64,000 nucleotides of DNA from an uncultured Candidatus Saccharibacteria bacterium. Lineage in GTDB: Bacteria > Patescibacteriota > Minisyncoccia > Phycocordibacterales > UBA9973. Positions within the stretch are counted from its first letter, which is position 1; each line of letters begins with the position of its first letter. A model generated the notes under the pieces. That model did not search any database. It saw only the letters and a list, made by a program, of their open reading frames with translations, and had not been told where the DNA came from. The DNA lies in contig CAYOLW010000003.1 of NCBI GenBank assembly GCA_964404925.1, positions 575 through 64,574 of the forward strand. The letters are read 5' to 3'. The translations under genes and the position numbers were made by a program. This document shows, in pieces, positions 57,096 through 64,000 of this stretch.

Positions 57096-58778
57096 CTAAT
57101 TCTCAGTATATTTTGGTCTAACAGTACTAAATGTCCCCCCACTTCCTTCATTCATTTGAATTTCGGCTATGTACTGCTCGCCTGAGTATTTACCAGTACA
57201 TGTTAATCTATATATTGTGTAATCTGGTGCAGTAACAGGCACAATAACTCCAATCTGTTCCCCGGGAGGGCCAGATTTTTGTCCAGGCCAGTTTGGCCCA
57301 CCATCAGTTGCAACACATGATCCAGTCTCCATATTTACAGCAGACCAAGAGAAATCACTGGTGTACTCACTGGTTGGTCCGAGCACCACTTCTGTTGCTT
57401 TCAAAGTTAAAGATTCAAGCAAACTACCCCGAATAACTGAAATTTGAGAAGTTATAGAATTACCCGCCACGTCTTTGCATGTAAGTTTAAAATTTGTTGG
57501 GTTGTAATCTGCATGAATTGGTGACTGCCAGGTGATTTGCGGTGCAACAGGTGCATCGTCTACTGGACCATCCCAGCCAACAACCGGCGCAGCGTTCAAC
57601 GGTGGAGCACTTTCTGCTACACAATTTGTAAGTGGATCATCAGAATTTAATGCTTGCCATTTAAGGGTAGTTGTAAAATCTGGAGGATATACCGTTGCTG
57701 GGTCAGCAAAGAAATTTAGCGATGAGGCTGCCCCAACTATAACTTTAGCAGTTGCTACGTTTGAAAGAGTTACACCATCTGATCCAAGGCATTGGATTGA
57801 ATAGTTATATACTCCATCAGCCAAAACACCTGTAGTAAAGGCACCAAGCGGAGAAGCTTTAGAAGTTCCTTGTCCATTGGTTCCATACCAATCTGCTCCA
57901 GTATTTGAAGATCCAGATGTCTGACATCCAGTCGGGCTGGTCAAAAGATTTTCACCAAGCCAACTAATAACTGTACTACCACCGGTTGGAACATATTTAG
58001 GATTAGCAGATATTGTCACAGATGGAGCTGAAAGGTAATTTACATTAGTGAATTTTATCCATCCAACTGAGTTTCTACCCGAATCATTACCGCCCCACGC
58101 CCATCCAGTTAATTGACCCGGTGTACCAAAAGAACCATCTGCTGTTGTAAAAGATAAGCCATAATTATTGCCCTGGTTTGGTGCACCACCCCCAGGAATA
58201 ACAGTACCTTTTAGGCTTACCCATCCATCCCATCCACCTTTTTTATTATCATCAGGGATAGCTGTTCCTAAACAAGTAACAGGATTAAGGGCTGCGGAAC
58301 AAAATCTTGCCCAGCCTGTTACAGATCCAGTTTTTGGATCAATTTTTGCATTAGACTCAATATTACCAGTACCTTTTGGAAAATCAGCTAAGCCGCCAAA
58401 TTTAAGCCATCCATAGTTAGATGACCAGGCATAGCCAACCATGTCGCCTGTAGCAACGTCTATATCAACACCATAATCATTATTTGCGCAAGTACCATTG
58501 TTTGTACAGTTAAAAGAAATCCAGCCTACTCCCCCTAATTTATCGGTTATTTCAACGGAAGACTCACCTGGATCTTGTTTCAAATTTCCATTCAAGTCCA
58601 CCCAAGAGTTTTGTGTGCCATTTTTATCTAAATCACTCCAGTTATCAGCTTCCCAAGCCCAACCTACAAAGTTTTGTGTAGCATTCGAGCTTACCTGCTT
58701 AAAAGAAAATACATACAGTATGGAAATTGCCACTAAAGCAATTATTCCAAAATGTTTTTTATAATTAAGCTTTTTCAT
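57096..58778 (-). CDS. Secreted/anchored surface protein with GWAW/GWI.F repeats and Cys-containing Ig-like repeats
   Basis: N-terminal TM; repeated G.AW...GW..F; DLDKNG/DLNGN..QDPGE Ca-binding-like loops; TLKW..C...W repeats. Confidence 0.75.
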   Translation of the reverse strand: MKKLNYKKHFGIIALVAISILYVFSFKQVSSNATQNFVGWAWEADNWSDLDKNGTQNSWVDLNGNLKQDPGESSVEITDKLGGVGWISFNCTNNGTCANNDYGVDIDVATGDMVGYAWSSNYGWLKFGGLADFPKGTGNIESNAKIDPKTGSVTGWARFCSAALNPVTCLGTAIPDDNKKGGWDGWVSLKGTVIPGGGAPNQGNNYGLSFTTADGSFGTPGQLTGWAWGGNDSGRNSVGWIKFTNVNYLSAPSVTISANPKYVPTGGSTVISWLGENLLTSPTGCQTSGSSNTGADWYGTNGQGTSKASPLGAFTTGVLADGVYNYSIQCLGSDGVTLSNVATAKVIVGAASSLNFFADPATVYPPDFTTTLKWQALNSDDPLTNCVAESAPPLNAAPVVGWDGPVDDAPVAPQITWQSPIHADYNPTNFKLTCKDVAGNSITSQISVIRGSLLESLTLKATEVVLGPTSEYTSDFSWSAVNMETGSCVATDGGPNWPGQKSGPPGEQIGVIVPVTAPDYTIYRLTCTGKYSGEQYIAEIQMNEGSGGTFSTVRPKYTEN

Positions 58779-58782
58779 TAAA

Positions 58783-59094
58783 TTATTCCTGGCTAGCTGC
58801 AGAATTATCTTTTAAAAGACCGTCTAGTATTGTCTGTCTATCAGTTGGAGATAGCTGTGGTGCATCTTTACTGTTGTAAATTAACTCACTTTTCATTTTC
58901 TTAAGCTCAGCCTGTGTATACACAGGATTAGGCTCAGTCTCAATCAGGTCTTTGATTAAAGCATCGTGAGCAGCTTTTTTATTAGCTTCATCAATTTCTC
59001 TTTGACGCTTTTGATAGAATAAATACATAGTAGCTCCAGCTACAACTAGCAAAAGTAGAATCCATAAAATTAGATTTCGTTTCCAATGTCCCAT
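58783..59094 (-). CDS. Small single-TM membrane protein
   Basis: MGHWKRNLILWILLLLVVAGATMYLFY followed by a charged helix; TATAAT 6 nt upstream. Confidence 0.65.
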   Translation of the reverse strand: MGHWKRNLILWILLLLVVAGATMYLFYQKRQREIDEANKKAAHDALIKDLIETEPNPVYTQAELKKMKSELIYNSKDAPQLSPTDRQTILDGLLKDNSAASQE

Positions 59095-59139
59095 TTCTAA
59101 ATTATACATTATATATGTATATCAAAATAATTATTGAGC

Positions 59140-59178
59140 TGTGGATAACCTTGCTTTTCTGTGAATTCGTGATATACT
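59140..59178 (+). promoter_or_regulatory. nusA promoter with adjacent DnaA box
   Basis: TGTGGATAA (= TTATCCACA) at 59140-59148; TTGCTT 59151-59156; TGaTATACT ending 59178. Confidence 0.55.
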
Positions 59179-59188
59179 TTGGTACGTA

Positions 59189-59220
59189 AGAGTCTGGTCG
59201 CAAACCGGACTTTTTTTATT
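59189..59220 (+). terminator. Leader terminator upstream of nusA (rimP-leader-like attenuator)
   Basis: agtctggt-cgcaa-accggact hairpin plus T7 between the promoter and the nusA ATG. Confidence 0.7.
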
Positions 59221-59237
59221 AAATAAAATTAAATATT

Positions 59238-60395
59238 ATGTTAGACATAAAAGCTTTCAAAACTGCACTCGAGCAATTAGAAACCGAGCGCAAAATACCA
59301 AAAGAGAAAATTCTAGACGCAATCGAACAAGCCATGGCGGCCGCTTATAAAAAAGACTACGGAAAGAAAGGCCAGATAGTTAGGGCTAAGTTTGATATTG
59401 AAACAGGTAAAACTGATTTTTATCAGGTTAAAATTGTTGTTGATGAAACTATTGCAAAAATAGTTGACGAAGAAGAGGCAGAAGAGGCTGAACACGATGA
59501 AGGAGACGAGAGGGTTCGATTTAATTCTGAACACCACATTCTGCTCGAAGACGCTCAAAAAATTAAAAAAGACGCTGAATTAAACGATGAAATCGTATTT
59601 CCATTAGAAGAGAAAGACGATTACGGACGTATTGCTGCTCAAACAGCTAAGCAGGTTATCATTCAACGCATTCGTGAAGCAGAAAGAACTTCTGTTATGG
59701 ATGAATATGGTGGCAAAGAAGGAGAAATAATCACAGGATTAGTTCAGAAAGTTGAACGCGGTAATGTATACATTGATTTCAATCGAGCCACAGGTATTCT
59801 GCCAGTTGAAGAACAAATTCCTGGAGAGTACTTTACCCGAGGTGGTAGAATCCGTGCATATTTGTACTCAGTCGAAGATACACCTCGAGGTATTAATCTA
59901 CGACTGTCTCGAACTCATCCAAAATTTGTTGAGAAATTGTTTTCTATCGAAGCACCTGAAATAGAAAGTGGAGTTGTTGAAATAAAATCTATTGCTCGAG
60001 AAGCCGGTGCTCGCACAAAAATTGCCGTACACTCCAACGACGAACACATTGATCCCGTTGGTTCTTGTGTGGGACAAAAAGGAACTCGTGTAAACACTAT
60101 TACCCAAGAATTGGGTGGAGAGAAAATTGATATTATCCCATGGAGTGAAGATCCCAAGGTTTATGTTTCCAATGCCCTTTCACCAGCAAAAGTAAATTCA
60201 ATAGAAGTTATTGAAAATGAACACAAAGCAGTAATTGAAGTTTCTGATGATCAGCTGTCACTCGCTATTGGTAAAGGTGGTCAAAACGTCCGCCTTGCTG
60301 CTAAATTAACCGGCTGGAGAATTGACATAAAAGGCGGTGCCGAAGGTTCTGCTTCAGAAGAAATTCCTACAGATGTTGAAGCAACCGAAGAATAA
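59238..60395 (+). CDS. nusA: Transcription termination factor NusA
   Basis: YGRIAAQTAKQVI.Q, LSRTHP, AREAG.RTKIAV, GSCVG.KG.R, LSLAIGKGGQNVRLA. Confidence 0.97.
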   Translation: MLDIKAFKTALEQLETERKIPKEKILDAIEQAMAAAYKKDYGKKGQIVRAKFDIETGKTDFYQVKIVVDETIAKIVDEEEAEEAEHDEGDERVRFNSEHHILLEDAQKIKKDAELNDEIVFPLEEKDDYGRIAAQTAKQVIIQRIREAERTSVMDEYGGKEGEIITGLVQKVERGNVYIDFNRATGILPVEEQIPGEYFTRGGRIRAYLYSVEDTPRGINLRLSRTHPKFVEKLFSIEAPEIESGVVEIKSIAREAGARTKIAVHSNDEHIDPVGSCVGQKGTRVNTITQELGGEKIDIIPWSEDPKVYVSNALSPAKVNSIEVIENEHKAVIEVSDDQLSLAIGKGGQNVRLAAKLTGWRIDIKGGAEGSASEEIPTDVEATEE

Positions 60396-60413
60396 GCATA
60401 TAATTTATAAATT

Positions 60414-61001
60414 ATGGCAAACATAAATCACAAACCTTCGAAATACATGTTAAATTTACAGCATGTACTGCCGGCTTTCGCAGATGTAGAAAAGAATGTT
60501 TTAAATTGTTTAGTTGAAATTAATGCAAATTCTATAAACAAATACGAATTTATTACTGAGACTGGTCAATTAAAACTCGACAGAGTTGGTTACTCTTCAT
60601 TGGCCTACCCGGTTTCTTATGGACTAGTGCCTCAAACTTGGGATCAAGATAATGACCTATTAGACGTGGTTATAGCAAATGTTACAGAAGACCTGGTGCC
60701 TGGTTCACTAGCTGAAGTACGAATAATAGGTGTAATGCTTTTTGAAGACGGAGGAGAAAGGGATGACAAAATCATAACTGTTTTATCCGATGACAAAAGG
60801 ATGAACCACATAAATTCATTCAAAGACCTTGGCGAACACTGGCAAAAAGAAACAGAACACTATTTTGAACATTATAAAGACCTAAAAAAACCTGGTACAT
60901 GTAAGGTGCTAGGTTTCTATGAAATAGACAAAGCGCTCGAAATAATCAAAGAGTGTATGGACAGATACGAAAAAGAATACAAGCCTAAACTAGAAGAATA
61001 A
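60414..61001 (+). CDS. ppa: Inorganic pyrophosphatase (family I)
   Basis: EI...NKYE, LDR, YP..YG..PQT..D.D.LD, D.G..DDK, YFEHYK. Confidence 0.92.
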   Translation: MANINHKPSKYMLNLQHVLPAFADVEKNVLNCLVEINANSINKYEFITETGQLKLDRVGYSSLAYPVSYGLVPQTWDQDNDLLDVVIANVTEDLVPGSLAEVRIIGVMLFEDGGERDDKIITVLSDDKRMNHINSFKDLGEHWQKETEHYFEHYKDLKKPGTCKVLGFYEIDKALEIIKECMDRYEKEYKPKLEE

Positions 61002-61004
61002 TCC

Positions 61005-61046
61005 AAAATAAAATCACCTACTCACCAGTAGGTGATTTTATTTTTA
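61005..61046. terminator. Intrinsic terminator after ppa
   Basis: aaaataaaatcacctact-cacc-agtaggtgattttatttt. Confidence 0.85.
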
Positions 61047-61097
61047 GTAGTATAATAGAGGGTATAAGTATTATCAGCATAATTTATATATAAAAAT

Positions 61098-61910
61098 ATG
61101 AAAAAGAATTTAAGTTTATTAATAATGGTAGCGTTCTTAGCATCTTCTGGATTTGCCTTTGCTGAAGAAACAATGCCTATGCCGGGAAACGGCCTGCCTA
61201 AAGGAGTGCGTCCAGCCAAAGAAGCAGTTGAAAAACTGCGAACAGAGAAAAAAGAAGCTGTACAAACACGAATAGAAGAACGTAAGGGGTTAATGGAAGA
61301 ACGTAAAGAACTGATGGATCAGAGGAAGGCCAGCATAACAGAACGCATGGAGGCAAGATCTGAGATGAAAAATATGACAGAAGAAGAAAAATCTGAAATG
61401 AAAGCCAAATTTGAGGAAGCTCGGGAAGCCCTAAAAGAAAAGCGTGAGGCCCTAAAAGAAAAAGCTGAAACACTACGAGAATCAGCCAAGACTAAGATGG
61501 AAGCATTAAAAGGAAAAATCAAAGATGCTGCTAGCATGAAACGCTACGAGAGTAGAGAAAATGCTTTACACCGTTTTGATAATCAAGTTGAAAAAGTAAC
61601 CAAACTTCGAGATCGTGTAAACGCAAAAATAACTGAAGTAGAAGCAAAGGGTACAGATGTGTCTGTTGCTAAAACACATATAGCAACAGCAGATGTAAAA
61701 TTCGAAGAAGCAAAAACCAAAATTGCCGAAATGAATACTATTTTCGCAAGTGGCACTAACGAAATTTCAGCTGAAAACAAAACTAAACTACAGACTCTAG
61801 CTAAAGAAGCTGGATCTCTTTTGAAAGAAGCTTACAGCGAACTTAAACTAGCTGTTAAAGCACTCAAGGATGCTTTATTAGCAAGTAGCACAACAACGAC
61901 AACTCAATAA
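61098..61910 (+). CDS. Secreted long coiled-coil protein
   Basis: Signal peptide ending AFA; E/K/R-rich helices; G.DV..A...L..A motif; Thr-rich tail. Confidence 0.75.
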   Translation: MKKNLSLLIMVAFLASSGFAFAEETMPMPGNGLPKGVRPAKEAVEKLRTEKKEAVQTRIEERKGLMEERKELMDQRKASITERMEARSEMKNMTEEEKSEMKAKFEEAREALKEKREALKEKAETLRESAKTKMEALKGKIKDAASMKRYESRENALHRFDNQVEKVTKLRDRVNAKITEVEAKGTDVSVAKTHIATADVKFEEAKTKIAEMNTIFASGTNEISAENKTKLQTLAKEAGSLLKEAYSELKLAVKALKDALLASSTTTTTQ

Positions 61911-61936
61911 ATATTATTAATTAAGTAAAAATTTAA

Positions 61937-62191
61937 ATGGAACCAAATCAAGACAAAAAATCATATGGCGCATTAATAGGGTCAGCTGTAGTAATAATTA
62001 TATTGGTATTAGGTGGTATATACTTCTGGATGTCTAAGCAAGCAAAACCTGAAGTACAAGCACCAGCACAAGAAAACACCCAATTACAGACTGAAAATAA
62101 TACAACTACAATCGAGCTAAATACTCTTGAAGCAGAAATAGAATCAGGATCATCTGCTGACACGGCGTTTGATATTAGCACAGTAGAATAG
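61937..62191 (+). CDS. Small single-TM membrane protein
   Basis: YGALIGSAVVIIILVLGGIYFW plus acidic tail. Confidence 0.75.
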   Translation: MEPNQDKKSYGALIGSAVVIIILVLGGIYFWMSKQAKPEVQAPAQENTQLQTENNTTTIELNTLEAEIESGSSADTAFDISTVE

Positions 62192-62206
62192 AGCCTTCTA
62201 TTCTTT

Positions 62207-62240
62207 AAAAACCTCCCAATAAAACTGGGAGGTTTTTTAT
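62207..62240. terminator. Intrinsic terminator
   Basis: aaaaacctccca-ataaaac-tgggaggtttttt. Confidence 0.8.
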
Positions 62241-62275
62241 TTGAAAAATATGATTAATTAGTATAATATAGCGGC

Positions 62276-63349
62276 ATGCAAATAAAAATAAACAAACTAC
62301 CGAAAAGTGAGATAGAAATTGAGGGAGAACTCGCAGCAGAGATACTAGAACAGTTTTTTACCCAAGCTTTAAAGAAAATAGCTGAAACAGCCGAAATTGA
62401 TGGATTTCGTAAGGGTAAAGTTCCAGAAAGTATCCTTTTATCAAAAATACCAGAAATCCAGATCTTAGAAGAAGCAGCTGAGATGGCTCTCGGTGAGCAT
62501 TATCCAAAAATAATTGCAGAACAGAACCTAGATGTGATTAGTCGCCCGGCTATCACAATAACTAAACTAGCTCGTAACAACCCCCTGGGATTTAAAATCC
62601 TAACCACAACATTGCCTGAAGTAAAACTTCCTGATTACAAGGACAGAGCCAAGAATATTAAAAGCGGACTGACTGAAAAAGATTTAGACACAGCAGTGAC
62701 CTCAGAGGAAATTGAAAATACAATAATGGATATTCGTAAATCTCGCGCACCGAAAAAAACAATGCCCGAGGTTGCAGCAGAGCAAGATGAAAATAATGAA
62801 AATCCACAAATACCAGAAGCATCAGAAGAAAACCTACCACCATGGAATGATGAATTTGTACAAACCTTAGGTGACTTTAAAGACATTGCAGAATTCCGTA
62901 CCAAGCTAGAGGCAAATCTCCAAGTTGAAAAACAAAATCTAGTAAGAGAAAAAACACGACTAAAAATTATTGAAGACATCATAGAAAAATCAGAGATTGA
63001 TGTTCCAGAAGTTTTAATTGATCTAGAAGTTGATAAAATCCTTTATCGCATGGAATCTGACATCGCACAAATGGGACTTCAGTTTGAAGACTATTTAAAA
63101 CACCTAAACAAAAGCGTAGAAGATTTACGAAATGATTTTAGAAACGATGGTGAAAAAAGAGCCAAGCTTGCTTTGGTATTAAACGAAATCAGCAAAGCTG
63201 AAAAAATCCTAGCTGACGAAGAAGAGGTAGCCAAAGAAGTCGCACACATTCTAGAACACTACAAAGACGCAGATCCTGAGAGAGCTCGCATCCATGCCGA
63301 GAACATGCTAACCAACGAAAAGATTTTCCAATTTTTGGAGAATTTGTAA
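62276..63349 (+). CDS. tig: Trigger factor (ribosome-binding + C-terminal domains; FKBP domain missing)
   Basis: IDGFRKGKVP signature, PEVKLPDY, LP..NDEF; only 357 aa; precedes clpP. Confidence 0.92.
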   Translation: MQIKINKLPKSEIEIEGELAAEILEQFFTQALKKIAETAEIDGFRKGKVPESILLSKIPEIQILEEAAEMALGEHYPKIIAEQNLDVISRPAITITKLARNNPLGFKILTTTLPEVKLPDYKDRAKNIKSGLTEKDLDTAVTSEEIENTIMDIRKSRAPKKTMPEVAAEQDENNENPQIPEASEENLPPWNDEFVQTLGDFKDIAEFRTKLEANLQVEKQNLVREKTRLKIIEDIIEKSEIDVPEVLIDLEVDKILYRMESDIAQMGLQFEDYLKHLNKSVEDLRNDFRNDGEKRAKLALVLNEISKAEKILADEEEVAKEVAHILEHYKDADPERARIHAENMLTNEKIFQFLENL

Positions 63350-63378
63350 AATACATAATTAAGTTATAAAATTGACTT

Positions 63379-63984
63379 ATGTTAATTCCAACCGTTATTG
63401 AAAAATCACAATTTGGTGAGCGTGCTTATGATATATATTCACGCCTTTTAAGAGATCGTATTATATTCCTAGGTGGCCCAATCGATGATCATGTGGCAAA
63501 CATTGTAATTGCCCAAATACTTTTCCTTGCCAACGAAGATGCAAAGAAAGATATTTATCTGTATATCAATTCCCCTGGTGGTTCAGTATCTGCTGGACTT
63601 GCAATCTATGACACAATGCAGTTTGTAAAACCAGATATATCAACAATCTGTGTTGGTATGGCAGCTTCAATGGGTGCATTCTTGCTCGCAGGTGGTACCA
63701 AAGGTAAAAGGTTTACTCTCCCTAATTCCGAAGTTATGATTCACCAGCCTCATGGTGGCGCAGATGGTCAAGCAACAGACATAGAAATTTCCGCTAAACA
63801 TATTTTGAAACTCCGAGCCCAATTAAATGATATTTTAGCTAAAAATACTGGACAGAAATTAGCTACAATTGAAAAAGATGTTGAACGAGATAATTGGATG
63901 GATGCGTCTGAAGCAAAAAAATACGGCATAGTAGATGACATAGTAACAAAAGACAAAACACCCAACATTAAAACTGATAAATAG
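63379..63984 (+). CDS. clpP: ATP-dependent Clp protease proteolytic subunit
   Basis: [38 protein letters not shown]. Confidence 0.98.
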   Translation: MLIPTVIEKSQFGERAYDIYSRLLRDRIIFLGGPIDDHVANIVIAQILFLANEDAKKDIYLYINSPGGSVSAGLAIYDTMQFVKPDISTICVGMAASMGAFLLAGGTKGKRFTLPNSEVMIHQPHGGADGQATDIEISAKHILKLRAQLNDILAKNTGQKLATIEKDVERDNWMDASEAKKYGIVDDIVTKDKTPNIKTDK

Positions 63985-64000
63985 AAAATCTAAAATTTAA

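Noticed and set aside
41952-58778. Diversity-generating retroelement or shufflon acting on the surface array
   Set aside because: No reverse transcriptase or recombinase, no inverted cassettes, and no TR/VR pair differing at adenines was seen
59095-59237. Possible replication origin (gene-strand switch plus DnaA box)
   Set aside because: Only one perfect DnaA box, no dnaA/dnaN nearby, and no evident compositional switch by eye; better explained as a divergent promoter region. A cumulative GC-skew plot would settle it
1-64000. Alternative genetic code 25 (UGA=Gly)
   Set aside because: ORFs are intact under code 11, and TGA serves as a stop in overlapping gene junctions (e.g. 16932, 21632, 37901)

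Overview
64-kb window of an AT-rich, gene-dense bacterial chromosome, most consistent with Patescibacteria/CPR (Parcubacteria, probably Nomurabacteria-like), using genetic code 11. The lineage call is inferred from gene content: alpha2-type GlyRS, IleRS2 with an inserted His-phosphatase domain, split ComEC, trigger factor lacking the PPIase domain, and CPR-type surface proteins. From 1 to 32 kb are mostly minus-strand housekeeping genes (tatD, metG, glyQS, recO, ileS, argS, dut, tmk, glyA, comEC halves, rnhA, recJ, pgk, tpiA). Two accessory metabolic inserts sit among them: lysA behind a Lys-rich leader-peptide attenuator, and a SOD + aconitase + isocitrate-dehydrogenase-like block that separates the two comEC halves. 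From 32.5 to 41.9 kb is a type IV pilus locus (pilB, pilC, FimU/PilV/PilW-like pilins, three PilX-like paralogs). From 42 to 59 kb is a tandem array of secreted modular proteins with peptidoglycan-binding domains, a shared unnamed Cys-containing domain and shuffled C-terminal modules (lectin-like, Ig-like, Zn-metalloprotease). From 59 to 64 kb are nusA, ppa, tig and clpP. Non-coding highlights are an ultrashort-stem-I Ile T-box with an intrinsic terminator, short palindromic repeats inserted in-frame in ileS, recJ, sod and metG, and many apparently leaderless promoters. No rRNA, tRNA, CRISPR array or transposase was seen. All calls were made by eye from motifs; no database searches were run.
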